From positions 587,014-651,013 of the forward strand of contig JAQTTB010000001.1 of assembly GCA_028710985.1 (NCBI GenBank): a stretch of DNA of 64,000 nt. The letters are read 5' to 3'. Positions 27,952 to 37,421 of the stretch are shown piece after piece (position 1 is the stretch's first letter; each line of letters opens with the position of its first letter). Position numbers and translations under genes: made by a program. The notes under the pieces were generated by a model that was given only the letters and a program-made list of their open reading frames with translations, was not told the DNA's origin and did no database searches. The DNA is from Patescibacteria group bacterium. Its GTDB lineage: Bacteria > Patescibacteriota > Patescibacteriia > JAHJFT01.

Positions 27952-28025
27952 TCGGAGATCGTCTAATGGTAGGACGCCAGGTTCTGGCCCTGGTAATCAT
28001 GGTTCGAATCCATGTCTCCGAGCCA
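27952..28025 (+). tRNA. tRNA-Gln (anticodon CUG)
   Basis: Acceptor stem tcggaga/tctccga, D-stem gtct/ggac, anticodon loop ttCTGgc, T-loop ggttcgaatcc, CCA. Confidence 0.75.
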
Positions 28026-28033
28026 TCAAAAAA

Positions 28034-28055
28034 GACCACACGCGTGGCCTTTTTT
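28034..28055 (+). terminator. rho-independent terminator after tRNA-Gln
   Basis: gaccacacgcgtggcc followed by TTTTTT. Confidence 0.45.
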
Positions 28056-28079
28056 GATTTATAATGATAAAATAAAATC

Positions 28080-28394
28080 ATGCGCGAGCACGATCGTCGT
28101 TCAATCCGATTACCGACCTACGATTATAATTCGCCGGGCTATTATTATTTAACAATATGCACCGCCGATCGGTTATGCGTCTTTGGTCAAATCGAAGATA
28201 AGAAAATGGTTCTAAACGAAATTGGCAAAATTGCTGACAGACGGTGGAGGCAGATTCCGTTCCGTTTTCCGAATGTAAAATTAGATGTTTATGTCATCAT
28301 GCCGAATCATATACACGGAATCGTACAAATAATGGATAACGACGCCGTAGGGGCGATTCATGAATCGCCCCTACACGGTCTGGAGAGGCGATGA
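28080..28394 (+). CDS. IS200-like Y1 transposase, RAYT-like (REP-associated tyrosine transposase), C-terminally truncated (104 aa)
   Basis: RLPTYDYNSPGYYYLTICT...VIMPNHIHGIV (HxH motif); the C-terminal catalytic-Tyr helix is absent. Confidence 0.65.
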   Translation: MREHDRRSIRLPTYDYNSPGYYYLTICTADRLCVFGQIEDKKMVLNEIGKIADRRWRQIPFRFPNVKLDVYVIMPNHIHGIVQIMDNDAVGAIHESPLHGLERR

Positions 28395-28693
28395 TAGAGA
28401 TGCGGTTGATTCTATCGATTGAAAATGATATTATAGATACGATAAATATTAATCAGAACAATATGGAAAAACCAACATTCGAATCCGGCCCGGAGAGTGC
28501 CGAAGCCATTGAAAGTGAAATTGAGCGCCTTATCGGCGAGCTGGACAATTTTGATTTTGATGATTATTCGGCCGTTGTGCAGGATGAATGGTATGCGGTT
28601 GAAGAGGAAGCGCAGGTTGGCAAGGACCGGTCCGGGGCAAAGGCGCGCCTGGAAGAATTTATAAAATATTTAAAAGAACATAGCAAAAAATAA
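28391..28693 (+). CDS. hypothetical acidic small protein (start may be at 28463)
   Basis: ORF; Asp/Glu-rich. Confidence 0.35.
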   Translation: MIEMRLILSIENDIIDTININQNNMEKPTFESGPESAEAIESEIERLIGELDNFDFDDYSAVVQDEWYAVEEEAQVGKDRSGAKARLEEFIKYLKEHSKK

Positions 28694-28694
28694 T

Positions 28695-29036
28695 ATGAGG
28701 ACACCACTTATCATTCTCGCTGTCATCGTCGTCATCGGCCTCGGAGTATATCTTTATATGGCCATGGGAACCGTGGTCAATGCGCCGACCGGAGAACCGG
28801 GCGCCGTAATCCAACCCGGCCTTACTCTGGAGCAGGCGCGCGCCATTGCCGTGGCGAGCGATTGCGCCGCCGAGGGCCCGATCACGGACAATTCCTTTTA
28901 TAATGAAAATTCCAAAACCTGGTGGTTTGATATGGATATCGAAAAAACCGGCTGCGCGCCGGCCTGCGTAGTGAGCGAAGAAACGCGTACCGCGGAAATC
29001 AACTGGCGCTGCACCGGATTAATTATTCCGGAATAA
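28695..29036 (+). CDS. small membrane-anchored protein with four Cys
   Basis: N-terminal TM then a soluble part with two Cys pairs. Confidence 0.45.
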   Translation: MRTPLIILAVIVVIGLGVYLYMAMGTVVNAPTGEPGAVIQPGLTLEQARAIAVASDCAAEGPITDNSFYNENSKTWWFDMDIEKTGCAPACVVSEETRTAEINWRCTGLIIPE

Positions 29037-29082
29037 ATTTTACCGTTAAAAAATAAATAATTAATTTTTTTAATAAATAATT

Positions 29083-29481
29083 ATGAAAGGTTTCAACGCC
29101 AACATCGAGAAAGAGACCCTGGAGAACGCGAATTTCCGCAAGGTCCTCTACACCGGCAAGCACAGCCAGCTCGTGCTGATGAGCCTTAAGCCGCTTGAAG
29201 AAATCGGCATGGAGACGCATACCGATAATGACCAGTTCTTCCGTTTTGAAGCGGGCCAGGGCAAATGCGTGATTGACGGCAATGAATATGAATTATCCAA
29301 CGGTTCGGTGATTATCGTGCCGGCCGGCGCCGAGCATAACATCATTAATACCTCGGATGCCGAAGATCTCAAGCTTTACACTATTTATTCTCCGGCCCAC
29401 CACAAAGACGGCGTGGTGCGCGCGACCAAAGAAGAGGCCGCGGCCGACAGCCCGGAGTTTGACGGCGTGACCACCGAATAA
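29083..29481 (+). CDS. cupin-domain protein
   Basis: Cupin motifs (HTDNDQFFRFEAGQG ... VIIVPAGAEHNIIN). Confidence 0.7.
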   Translation: MKGFNANIEKETLENANFRKVLYTGKHSQLVLMSLKPLEEIGMETHTDNDQFFRFEAGQGKCVIDGNEYELSNGSVIIVPAGAEHNIINTSDAEDLKLYTIYSPAHHKDGVVRATKEEAAADSPEFDGVTTE

Positions 29482-29495
29482 CGCGTTAATAAAAA

Positions 29496-29524
29496 AATCC
29501 CTTCCTGAACGGAGGGATTTTTTA
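29496..29524. terminator. bidirectional terminator between the cupin gene and the P-type ATPase
   Basis: aaaaaaatcccttcctgaacggagggatttttt. Confidence 0.55.
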
Positions 29525-29532
29525 TTTATATT

Positions 29533-32073
29533 CTAAGCCGCCTTTTTTGCGTGGTTGCCGTTGAACGGCATATATTTATAGTATATTAACTTGATAATCT
29601 CGCTTAATATTAGATAGGCAATAATCATGCCGAAGACAATCATGAGCGGCTGAACCGGCGGAGCGGCGAAGTGGAAAAGATCGTGGCCGGCTCCGGTAAA
29701 TGGCAGGATAATCGTAATCGCGGCGCTTAGGATCGCAAGCAGCGCCACCGAGCGGCTCGGCGGAGCGGCGCGTAAAAAGAAATGCCGCGTCCGGATTGAA
29801 AAAATCAGTACAATTTCGGTTAAAATGCTTTCAATAAACCAAAGGGTGCGCAGGAGTTCGGGCCCGAGCTTATTGAATAATCCGAAAAAAATAAAATCAA
29901 AAATCGTGCTCACCATGGCAAGAAAAATAATCAATGTCATGGCCTGGCCAATGGGGCTGGATTTCGGCTTGCGGAGCTCCTCCACGTCAACCTTGTCGGT
30001 CGCCACGGAAATCAGGGGAAAATCGGAGAGCAGATTGGCAAGCAGAATCTGCACCGGCAGCATGGGGAGATAGGGGATAAAGAGAGAGATCGCGGCGATT
30101 GAATAAAAATTGCCGAAGTTTGAGGCCAGGGTGCATTTTATATATTTATTGATGTTGGAAAAGATATTCCGGCCGTGACGGATGCCGTTCACAATTACGC
30201 GCAGGTCTTTTTTTAAGAGCACAATATCCGCTGCCTCGCGCGAAACATCGGCCGCGTCTTTTACCGCGATTGCCACGTTGGCGATCTTGAGAGCCGGAGC
30301 GTCGTTGATGCCTTCGCCCAAAAATCCGACTTCATAATCTTTTTGCAGAGTCCGGATAATTTTATATTTCGTCTCTGGCGAAATCCGCGCGAACACGGAA
30401 AATTCGCGGCAGGCCTTTTCAAGTTTTGAATTTTTTAAAGAGTCAATCGTCTCGCCCAGTATTACCTTACTTGGATCGTCAATTAACCCGACCTCGCATC
30501 CCACGGCGCCGGCAACCTCCTTGCTGTCGCCGGTCAGAATCTTAATCTTCACGCCGAGTTTGTCGGCAAGCCGGATTGATTCACGGGCGGTTTCCTTGAG
30601 CGGATCATGGAAGGAGACGTAGCCCAGAAAAGTCAGGCCGTTCTCGTCTTCGGTCGTGTAGTCGTCCCGGTCGACAATTTTATAGCCAATGGCCAGTGTG
30701 CGGTTGCCGGCTTTTTCATCTTCTTTGATTTCTTCAAGTGAAATACGGCGGGTGTTGTGATTTTCAAATTTCGTGCAGAGCGACAGGATTGCCTCCGGCG
30801 CGCCTCGCACGATGAGCAGATTGCCGCCCCCATTGTTTGCGAACAGGGCGCTGTTGCGGAGCCGCGCGAAATCAAACGGCAGTTTTGCGAGAAATTTAAA
30901 TTTCTTTATTGCCTGCCGTACGCCGGCCGGCGCGTTTTCAAAAATTCCCTGGTCGAACGGATTGAAGAGCGACTTTTTCGAATCTTCGGCAAGTGGGGAG
31001 CCGAGAAGCCCGTAGAGCAGACAGCGCTCGCGGTCCGGGGAATGGATGTCCACCAGCTCGAGCTTGTTTTCGGTGAGAGTGCCGGTTTTATCCGTGCAGA
31101 GCACTTCGATGTCGCCCATGTCCTCAATCGCCGAAAGCCGCTTCACCACCACCTTGTCTTTCGCCATTTCGAGTGAACCGTGCGAAAGCGCGAAGGTTAC
31201 AACCACGGGGAGCGCTTCGGGTATGATGCTGACGATAAGCGCGATGCAGAATATCAGAAATTCCAGGTTGTTGGCTCCGCCCTTGATGATGAGATTTGCG
31301 ACAAAAATTAAGACAATCGTGGCGACAATAATTTTTAAAATAAACCGGCTGAATTTGAGAATGTATTTTTCATAGGCGCTCTCGCGGTTCACGCCGGCGA
31401 CCAGCTTGGCGATCTCTCCCATTGCCGAAGACCGGCCGGTTCCGATGACCGCGCCCGTCGCCTCGCCGGAAACGACCGAAGTGCCGCCAAAAATAATATT
31501 GCTTGCCGCGAATATCTCGCGCGTCTCGCGTTCGAGCGGTTCCGGATTTTTTGAAACCGGCGCCGACTCGCCGGTCAGCACCGATTCGTCAATCAAAAAA
31601 TTCTGCGCCCGCACCAGGCGGAGGTCGGCCGGCACCACATCCCCGGCTTCAAGCATTACGATATCGCCGTGCACCAGCTCCCGTTTGTCAACAAATTTTT
31701 CCGCGCCCTGGCGCATGATGCGGACTCGGGTGGGGATATATTTCTTGAGTAGCGCGACCGCGCGTTCGGCTTTTGACTCCTGCATAAATCCCAGGCCGGT
31801 GTTAAGGGCGATAAAAGAGAATATTACCAGGCCGTCCACGATTTCACCGATGACCAGGGCCACGAGTCCGGCGGCGAGCAGCAGATAAAAAAACGGCGAT
31901 TTGAACTGCCGGAGCAGGATATCGAACGGACCGGTTTCCCGGGCGCTGATTTCGTTTGGCCCGCCTTCCGCGAGCCGCCGCCGCGCTTCGGCGTCCCTTA
32001 GCCCCGATTCGCTGGTTTTTAAATCCGCGAGTACCTGCGTTACGATTTTTACGGTGTAGTTTGAAAATTTCAT
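29533..32073 (-). CDS. P-type cation-transporting ATPase (P2/P3 type, Mg2+/Ca2+-like)
   Basis: DKTGTLT phosphorylation motif, TGES, GDGINDAPAL, 10 TM helices. Confidence 0.85.
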   Translation of the reverse strand: MKFSNYTVKIVTQVLADLKTSESGLRDAEARRRLAEGGPNEISARETGPFDILLRQFKSPFFYLLLAAGLVALVIGEIVDGLVIFSFIALNTGLGFMQESKAERAVALLKKYIPTRVRIMRQGAEKFVDKRELVHGDIVMLEAGDVVPADLRLVRAQNFLIDESVLTGESAPVSKNPEPLERETREIFAASNIIFGGTSVVSGEATGAVIGTGRSSAMGEIAKLVAGVNRESAYEKYILKFSRFILKIIVATIVLIFVANLIIKGGANNLEFLIFCIALIVSIIPEALPVVVTFALSHGSLEMAKDKVVVKRLSAIEDMGDIEVLCTDKTGTLTENKLELVDIHSPDRERCLLYGLLGSPLAEDSKKSLFNPFDQGIFENAPAGVRQAIKKFKFLAKLPFDFARLRNSALFANNGGGNLLIVRGAPEAILSLCTKFENHNTRRISLEEIKEDEKAGNRTLAIGYKIVDRDDYTTEDENGLTFLGYVSFHDPLKETARESIRLADKLGVKIKILTGDSKEVAGAVGCEVGLIDDPSKVILGETIDSLKNSKLEKACREFSVFARISPETKYKIIRTLQKDYEVGFLGEGINDAPALKIANVAIAVKDAADVSREAADIVLLKKDLRVIVNGIRHGRNIFSNINKYIKCTLASNFGNFYSIAAISLFIPYLPMLPVQILLANLLSDFPLISVATDKVDVEELRKPKSSPIGQAMTLIIFLAMVSTIFDFIFFGLFNKLGPELLRTLWFIESILTEIVLIFSIRTRHFFLRAAPPSRSVALLAILSAAITIILPFTGAGHDLFHFAAPPVQPLMIVFGMIIAYLILSEIIKLIYYKYMPFNGNHAKKAA

Positions 32074-32204
32074 GCATTTATTATATCAAATTGCACGCCA
32101 AACTGCATGGGGACGCCCGATTTCATCAAAATACCGCTCGGTGCTATAATACTGTTCAAGGGGAGGAAATCATTTTAAAAAATTAATAATTAAGCCAAAT
32201 AAGT

Positions 32205-32888
32205 ATGGAATTTCTAATCTCAATCGGCAGGGCGATTGCCGAGGCGTGGTCGGATCTCATTGATAAGCTCATTGAATTTCTGCCCAGCCTGGTTGCCGCG
32301 TTAATCGTGCTGATTATTGGCATCCTAATTGCCAAAGCCCTCGGTCAGTTGGTGCGCAAGATCATCCGCGCCATCAAGATTGACCAGTTTATTAAAAAAA
32401 TTAATATCGTGCATAAAATCGAACAGGCCGGCACGATCGTTGATTTTTCATATATCCTTGGCTGGCTCGTTAAGTGGTTTTTATACATCGTGCTTCTTAT
32501 CGCGGTTTCCGAGATTCTGAGCCTTGGTCAGTTCACCCTGTTCCTCCGCGACATCGCGCTCTATGTACCGAACGTAATCATTGCAGTGCTTATACTAGTG
32601 GTCGGTTTGGTGCTTGGCGAATTCATTAATACTTTGATCGTCAGCATCCTCAAGGGCACTAAAGCGAAACTCGGCGCTTTGGCCGGCACGGTTGCCAAGT
32701 GGTCAATCTTCATTTTCGCGACCCTCGCCGCCCTGATTCAGCTCGGCGTGGCCGTTGCCCTGATCCAGACGCTTTTCACCGCCATCGTGGTGACAATCGC
32801 GCTTTCGGCCGGCCTTGCCTTTGGCCTTGGCGGACGCGACGCAGCAAGAGAATTTATTGAGAAAGTAAGAAAAGACCTCCGAGAATAG
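32205..32888 (+). CDS. membrane protein with conserved-TM-helix repeats (MscS-associated type)
   Basis: Multiple TM helices; ORF only. Confidence 0.5.
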   Translation: MEFLISIGRAIAEAWSDLIDKLIEFLPSLVAALIVLIIGILIAKALGQLVRKIIRAIKIDQFIKKINIVHKIEQAGTIVDFSYILGWLVKWFLYIVLLIAVSEILSLGQFTLFLRDIALYVPNVIIAVLILVVGLVLGEFINTLIVSILKGTKAKLGALAGTVAKWSIFIFATLAALIQLGVAVALIQTLFTAIVVTIALSAGLAFGLGGRDAAREFIEKVRKDLRE

Positions 32889-33022
32889 TTAAACATTCAA
32901 TTTTACAAAAACGGCCCCGGTTATGACGGGGTCGTTTTATATATGTGGATAAGTAGTTTTGACAAAAATTCATTATGAATATATATTCATAATATAACTA
33001 CGAAACGTGATCCGAGGGGATT

Positions 33023-33193
33023 ATGCCAAATCTTGAAAAAATCAAGGAAGTCATGTTCGGCCCCAAGCCGCTGAAGACGCCTCGTTATGAGGGCGTTCCT
33101 CGCCAATGGGGCTGGAGCACGGAATTCATCTATCGCTGGCGGAATACGACCGCCGAAAATTTGGAACGGCGATTCGTGGCAAGCTTCCGCTGA
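33023..33193 (+). CDS. small hypothetical protein (56 aa; not in the ORF track)
   Basis: GAGGGG RBS; the promoter region carries the 22-bp perfect palindrome attatgaatatatattcataat overlapping the -10; followed by a 19-bp-stem hairpin. Confidence 0.3.
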   Translation: MPNLEKIKEVMFGPKPLKTPRYEGVPRQWGWSTEFIYRWRNTTAENLERRFVASFR

Positions 33194-33250
33194 GTAACGG
33201 CAAAATAACCGTGTAGAGACGCGACATGTCGCGTCTCTACACGGTTATTT
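33194..33250 (+). terminator. long perfect hairpin (19-bp stem) with T-rich tail
   Basis: aaccgtgtagagacgcgac atg tcgcgtctctacacggtt attt. Confidence 0.45.
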
Positions 33251-33286
33251 GTCTCCCAAAAACAAAAACAAAAAAAATAGAAAAAT

Positions 33287-33559
33287 ATGGCAAGACCCCG
33301 CCTCAAACGGAGGGTTCAATTTACGCCCAAAGCTACCTCGTTCAAGCCCGACGTTCCTGGCGAGGGTTTTTTTGATTATATTGAACTCACGCTTGAGGAA
33401 GCCGAAGCCATTCGTCTCAAAAACGTTGAAGGTCTGGACCAGATTCCGGCGGCCCGCGCCATGAGGACATCGCAAGCCACTTTTCACCGAATCTTAAAAT
33501 CCGCCTATCGCAAAATTGGGGACGCCATTGTCCATGGCCGCGTCATTAAAATACGTTGA
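33287..33559 (+). CDS. DUF134/UPF0251 family predicted DNA-binding protein
   Basis: MARPRLKRRVQFTPKATSFKP...LTLEEAEAIRLKNVEGLDQIPAARAMRTSQATFHRILKSAYRKIGDAIV matches DUF134. Confidence 0.7.
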   Translation: MARPRLKRRVQFTPKATSFKPDVPGEGFFDYIELTLEEAEAIRLKNVEGLDQIPAARAMRTSQATFHRILKSAYRKIGDAIVHGRVIKIR

Positions 33560-33636
33560 ATCATGAATCAGGAATCATGAATCAGGAATCGCAGCATAGA
33601 AAGACCCTGATTCCTAATTCCTGATTCCTGATTCCT
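33557..33636. repeat. Repeat family A copy (tandem gaatcatgaatcaggaatc x2 ... cctgattcct x3)
   Basis: Palindromic arrangement around a 15-nt centre. Confidence 0.75.
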
Positions 33637-33703
33637 CATGCTAAGCAACGCTGCGCATTCGGTATTCTAAACAGTCTCAAAATAGAGTATAATATACTCA
33701 AAT

Positions 33704-35068
33704 ATGAACAGGGGGAATGAACAAAAACAAAAAAACGCGCTTCAGGCGTGGGTGGTTACGGTTGACATGGGTTACGGCCATCAGCGCGCCACCTGGCCGC
33801 TTCGCGGCATGGCGCTGGATCGCGAAATCATCGTGGCCAATGACTATGAGGGCATTCCGCGCCGCGACCGGTTTATCTGGAAAAATTCGCGCAAGATGTA
33901 CGAGACGATTTCCCGTATAAAAAAAGTGCCCTGGATCGGTCAAAAGATTTTTAACTTGATGGATAAGCAGCAGCAGATTCCGTGGTTTTATCCGCGCCGC
34001 GATCTTTCCGAGCCGTCGGGCCAGGTCAGACAATATTACTGGGCAATGCGCCGCCTTGGGTGGGGCAAGCACCTTATCAATTATCTTAATGCCAAGCCTC
34101 TGCCATTGGTTACCTCTTTTCCGGTAGTTGCGTTCATGGCAGAGTTTTTTGGTTTCAAAAAAGACATTTATCTGATTGTTACCGACACGGATATCAGTCG
34201 CGCCTGGGCCGCGCTTGTCCCAAAGAAAAGCCGGGTTAATTATTTTGCTTCCAATCCGCGCGCCATCGAGCGGCTCAAAATGTACGGCGTTAAGTCCGAA
34301 CGGATTTACATGACCGGTTTTCCGCTTTCAAAATCCCTAGTTGGCGGGCCGTCGCTCGCGATTATAAAAAAAGACTTGGCTCAAAGGCTTTATAATTTGG
34401 ATCCAAAGAGAAATTATATTTCAAAATACCGCCATACTATCGAGTACCAGCTTGGCAAGCGATATTTTCCGTGCAAGCCGCCGCGCCGGCCGCTTACCAT
34501 CACTTTCGCTGTTGGCGGCGCAGGGGCACAGAAGGATTTGGGCATTGCCATTTGCCGCAGTCTGAAAAAAGAAATCTTTAAAAAACAACTGGTAATCAAT
34601 CTTGTTGCCGGCTCGCGAAACGAAGTTGCCATCTATTTTCGCCGCCGGTTGGAAAAAGCGGGTCTAAAAAACCAAATCGGAAAAGGAGTGAAGATTCATT
34701 ATGAAACCAGCAAAGAAAAATATTTTGATAAATTTGATCAGTTGCTTCATACTACCGACATCCTCTGGACCAAGCCGAGTGAATTAAGTTTTTACGCCGG
34801 ACTCGGTATTCCGATTATCATGACTCCGCCGGTTGGCTCGCAGGAATTTTTTAATCGTATCTGGCTTAAAACCATGGGCGCGGGCATGACTCAGTATCCA
34901 CCAAGCCTTTCCAATGAGTGGCTCTTTGAATGGCTGGATTCCGGCTGGCTGGCCAAGGCCGCCATGCAGGGATTCTTGGAGGCCCCTAAGCTCGGCACTT
35001 ACAGTATTGAAGAAGTGATCTTTCGCAAGCATGTCTTGCGCGAACCGCACGTAATTTTGCGATACTGA
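33704..35068 (+). CDS. GT-B fold glycosyltransferase (MGDG-synthase/UgtP-like)
   Basis: N-terminal VDMGYGHQRA glycine-rich motif and domain layout; weak family assignment. Confidence 0.45.
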   Translation: MNRGNEQKQKNALQAWVVTVDMGYGHQRATWPLRGMALDREIIVANDYEGIPRRDRFIWKNSRKMYETISRIKKVPWIGQKIFNLMDKQQQIPWFYPRRDLSEPSGQVRQYYWAMRRLGWGKHLINYLNAKPLPLVTSFPVVAFMAEFFGFKKDIYLIVTDTDISRAWAALVPKKSRVNYFASNPRAIERLKMYGVKSERIYMTGFPLSKSLVGGPSLAIIKKDLAQRLYNLDPKRNYISKYRHTIEYQLGKRYFPCKPPRRPLTITFAVGGAGAQKDLGIAICRSLKKEIFKKQLVINLVAGSRNEVAIYFRRRLEKAGLKNQIGKGVKIHYETSKEKYFDKFDQLLHTTDILWTKPSELSFYAGLGIPIIMTPPVGSQEFFNRIWLKTMGAGMTQYPPSLSNEWLFEWLDSGWLAKAAMQGFLEAPKLGTYSIEEVIFRKHVLREPHVILRY

Positions 35069-35121
35069 TATCGATAAACGCAAAGGTCGATAAAATGTTA
35101 GAAATACGAAAATAAATAATT

Positions 35122-35601
35122 ATGCAAAAAACCAACACATTCGGTTTCACGCTCGTAGAGCTCCTGATCGTCGTCGTCATTATCGGCATCTTGGCTGCGG
35201 TTGTGTATTTCGCCCTTGACCCGACCCGCCGCTTTGGCGAGAGCCGCGACGCCACCCGCTGGAGCGAAGTGAACGCCATGCTGAACGCCGTGCTAAAATA
35301 TCAGATTGATTATGACGGTGATTTGCCGGCCGGTATTGACAGCGCTTCTACCACCGCGCAGGTTCTTGGCGCAAACGCCAGCGGCTGTGACAGTGGCTGT
35401 ACCAATGGAGGTACAACGGTTTCCGCGTGTTTGGATCTCTCGGATAGTTTAGTCAATAAATATATCGATTCTATTCCAGAGGATCCAAGGACCGGGACCC
35501 CTGGTTTTACGGATTATTATCTCAATAAATCCGCCAACGGCGGCATCACGGTCGGTGCTTGCGATCCGGAACAGACCGCGGCAATCTCGGTTACTCGATA
35601 A
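35122..35601 (+). CDS. type IV pilin-like protein (prepilin N-terminal methylation domain)
   Basis: GFTLVELLIVVVIIGILAA. Confidence 0.75.
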   Translation: MQKTNTFGFTLVELLIVVVIIGILAAVVYFALDPTRRFGESRDATRWSEVNAMLNAVLKYQIDYDGDLPAGIDSASTTAQVLGANASGCDSGCTNGGTTVSACLDLSDSLVNKYIDSIPEDPRTGTPGFTDYYLNKSANGGITVGACDPEQTAAISVTR

Positions 35602-35625
35602 AAAATAAAATTAAATAAAAAAAAT

Positions 35626-35961
35626 ATGAAAAAGAAAAAAAATAAAAAATGCTGCTGCAATTCGGCCTGGATTGGCCTCACTTCAGCGGTCGGCGAAATT
35701 GCCTATGTCGCGCTCGTGGTGCTCTTCTTCTGGCTTGCCGACGAGATGACATTCGGCAATATGGAATTTATTGGCGTGGGGCTGTTTCTCCTGGTCTTTG
35801 TTTTTTCGGCCATAGTTTCGGGCTCAATCCTGATCGTGTATCCGGCCGTGCTCGTCCTGCGCGGTGAAGTGAAGAGAGGGCTTACCATTCTTGCCTGGAC
35901 AGCGGTGTTCCTGTTTGGCTTCATCGCCCTGGGCATGATCGGCGGGATATTGATGGTATAG
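35626..35961 (+). CDS. small membrane protein
   Basis: Three hydrophobic helices. Confidence 0.45.
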   Translation: MKKKKNKKCCCNSAWIGLTSAVGEIAYVALVVLFFWLADEMTFGNMEFIGVGLFLLVFVFSAIVSGSILIVYPAVLVLRGEVKRGLTILAWTAVFLFGFIALGMIGGILMV

Positions 35962-36050
35962 TCGGAGTGTTGGGGCCGCATATATGCGACCCTTACGAAC
36001 GGTTTAGCTATAAAAATCGTCCCAATATTATTCGGGACGATTTTTTATTT

Positions 36051-37421
36051 TTAGAATTGCACCATGACCTCATTGCTGTATGCGCCGCACGAGCCGTTTT
36101 CATTATGCGCGCAGATGCGGAAATGGTACTCACCCGCGGCTTGAAGCGGGTAAAAATAATGCCGGCCGTACGAATAGGGGAAGTGGAAATAATTATCCGG
36201 TGGAAAAGTCGGATTCGTCGTTGTGCCTTGGATGATATTAAAGCCGTATGGCGATTCTATATTTTCAATTATCCAATTGAGATAAACGCCGCGTTCGTTC
36301 GGAGAGGCGTAGAGCAGAATTTTCGCCTCTTGTTTTATTTCAACCGGTTTGGCTGCCGGCGCGACTGGAGCCGCGGCTGCCGGTTCGGATGCCGCACCGA
36401 CGACCGCCGGGGCGGTTTCAGCCGGAGCAAAGATGTTTTCCAGCCGGCCGAGTGGCTGGCCGGAGAGTGAATCAAGCTCGCGGTTCCATGAGTAAAATTC
36501 TATTGCCAGTTCGCTGTCCGTAATTGACGAAATTGAGGTTGATTGCTGTTTCGAGTCGGCGCGATTTTCGATCACCGCCTTTTCGCCTTGGAGCAGGATC
36601 CGCTCGCTGGTTCCGGACGCGCCGTACATTTTTAAATTCACATTGCTTTCAAGCGCCCGGACCGCAAGTAGGGTCGATTCATGAATCGACCCCGCGCCTT
36701 CAATTTCCACGCCAAAAGCCGTGCCGAGCGCCGTGGTCTCGGCATTGAGCGAGCGCACGGTGTAGACAAGTGAGCCGCTTTTACTCACGCGGCTGTAGCT
36801 CTCACCAACTATCTGCTGAATGATGATGGAGTTTTCATTGGCTTCTTCAACGATAATATGCGCGTTCGCGCCAAGCCGTATCGCGCTGCCGTCGCTGAAA
36901 GCAAGAACCGCGCGGCTTGCCTCGCCGGTACGTATTTGGCGCTGGGCCGTGACGAGCGTCTCCACGGCGGCAGATGCCCAATAATTATTTTCCCAAATTT
37001 CAACCGTTCCTTGCGTGTAAACAAGAGTTGCCATAATTGGCGCCCCGACGGGCGTCGGGGGCGGGATAATGAAATTATTATTTGTTATTACCGGGTCCGT
37101 TCCGAATGGCACAAAGAATCTGATTCCGAGATAAATAGCGAGCACGATCGCGGAGAAAGCGAACGTCAAACCCGAGGCGTAACGATAGATTGATTTTTTG
37201 CGCGCGACACGCTCCTGTTTTTCGTCGGCCCAGCCATAATACAGTTTCTCTTTCAGAGTTTCGGCAAAAAAAGCGTCAATTTCAATATTCCTTGAGTCAA
37301 CGAGTCGGGTCTGGGCGAGTTTGCCGCCCAACTCAAAAAGCTCCTTATCTTCCGGGCCCAATTTTTCGGGTCGGCTGTCAAGAAAGGCTTTATTTAATTT
37401 ATTGGCGTTAAAATTCAGCAT
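36051..37421 (-). CDS. anti-sigma factor, FecR-like, single TM, C-terminal beta-rich domain
   Basis: Follows the ECF sigma gene with a 14-nt overlap; TM helix; FecR-like segment. Confidence 0.65.
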   Translation of the reverse strand: MLNFNANKLNKAFLDSRPEKLGPEDKELFELGGKLAQTRLVDSRNIEIDAFFAETLKEKLYYGWADEKQERVARKKSIYRYASGLTFAFSAIVLAIYLGIRFFVPFGTDPVITNNNFIIPPPTPVGAPIMATLVYTQGTVEIWENNYWASAAVETLVTAQRQIRTGEASRAVLAFSDGSAIRLGANAHIIVEEANENSIIIQQIVGESYSRVSKSGSLVYTVRSLNAETTALGTAFGVEIEGAGSIHESTLLAVRALESNVNLKMYGASGTSERILLQGEKAVIENRADSKQQSTSISSITDSELAIEFYSWNRELDSLSGQPLGRLENIFAPAETAPAVVGAASEPAAAAPVAPAAKPVEIKQEAKILLYASPNERGVYLNWIIENIESPYGFNIIQGTTTNPTFPPDNYFHFPYSYGRHYFYPLQAAGEYHFRICAHNENGSCGAYSNEVMVQF

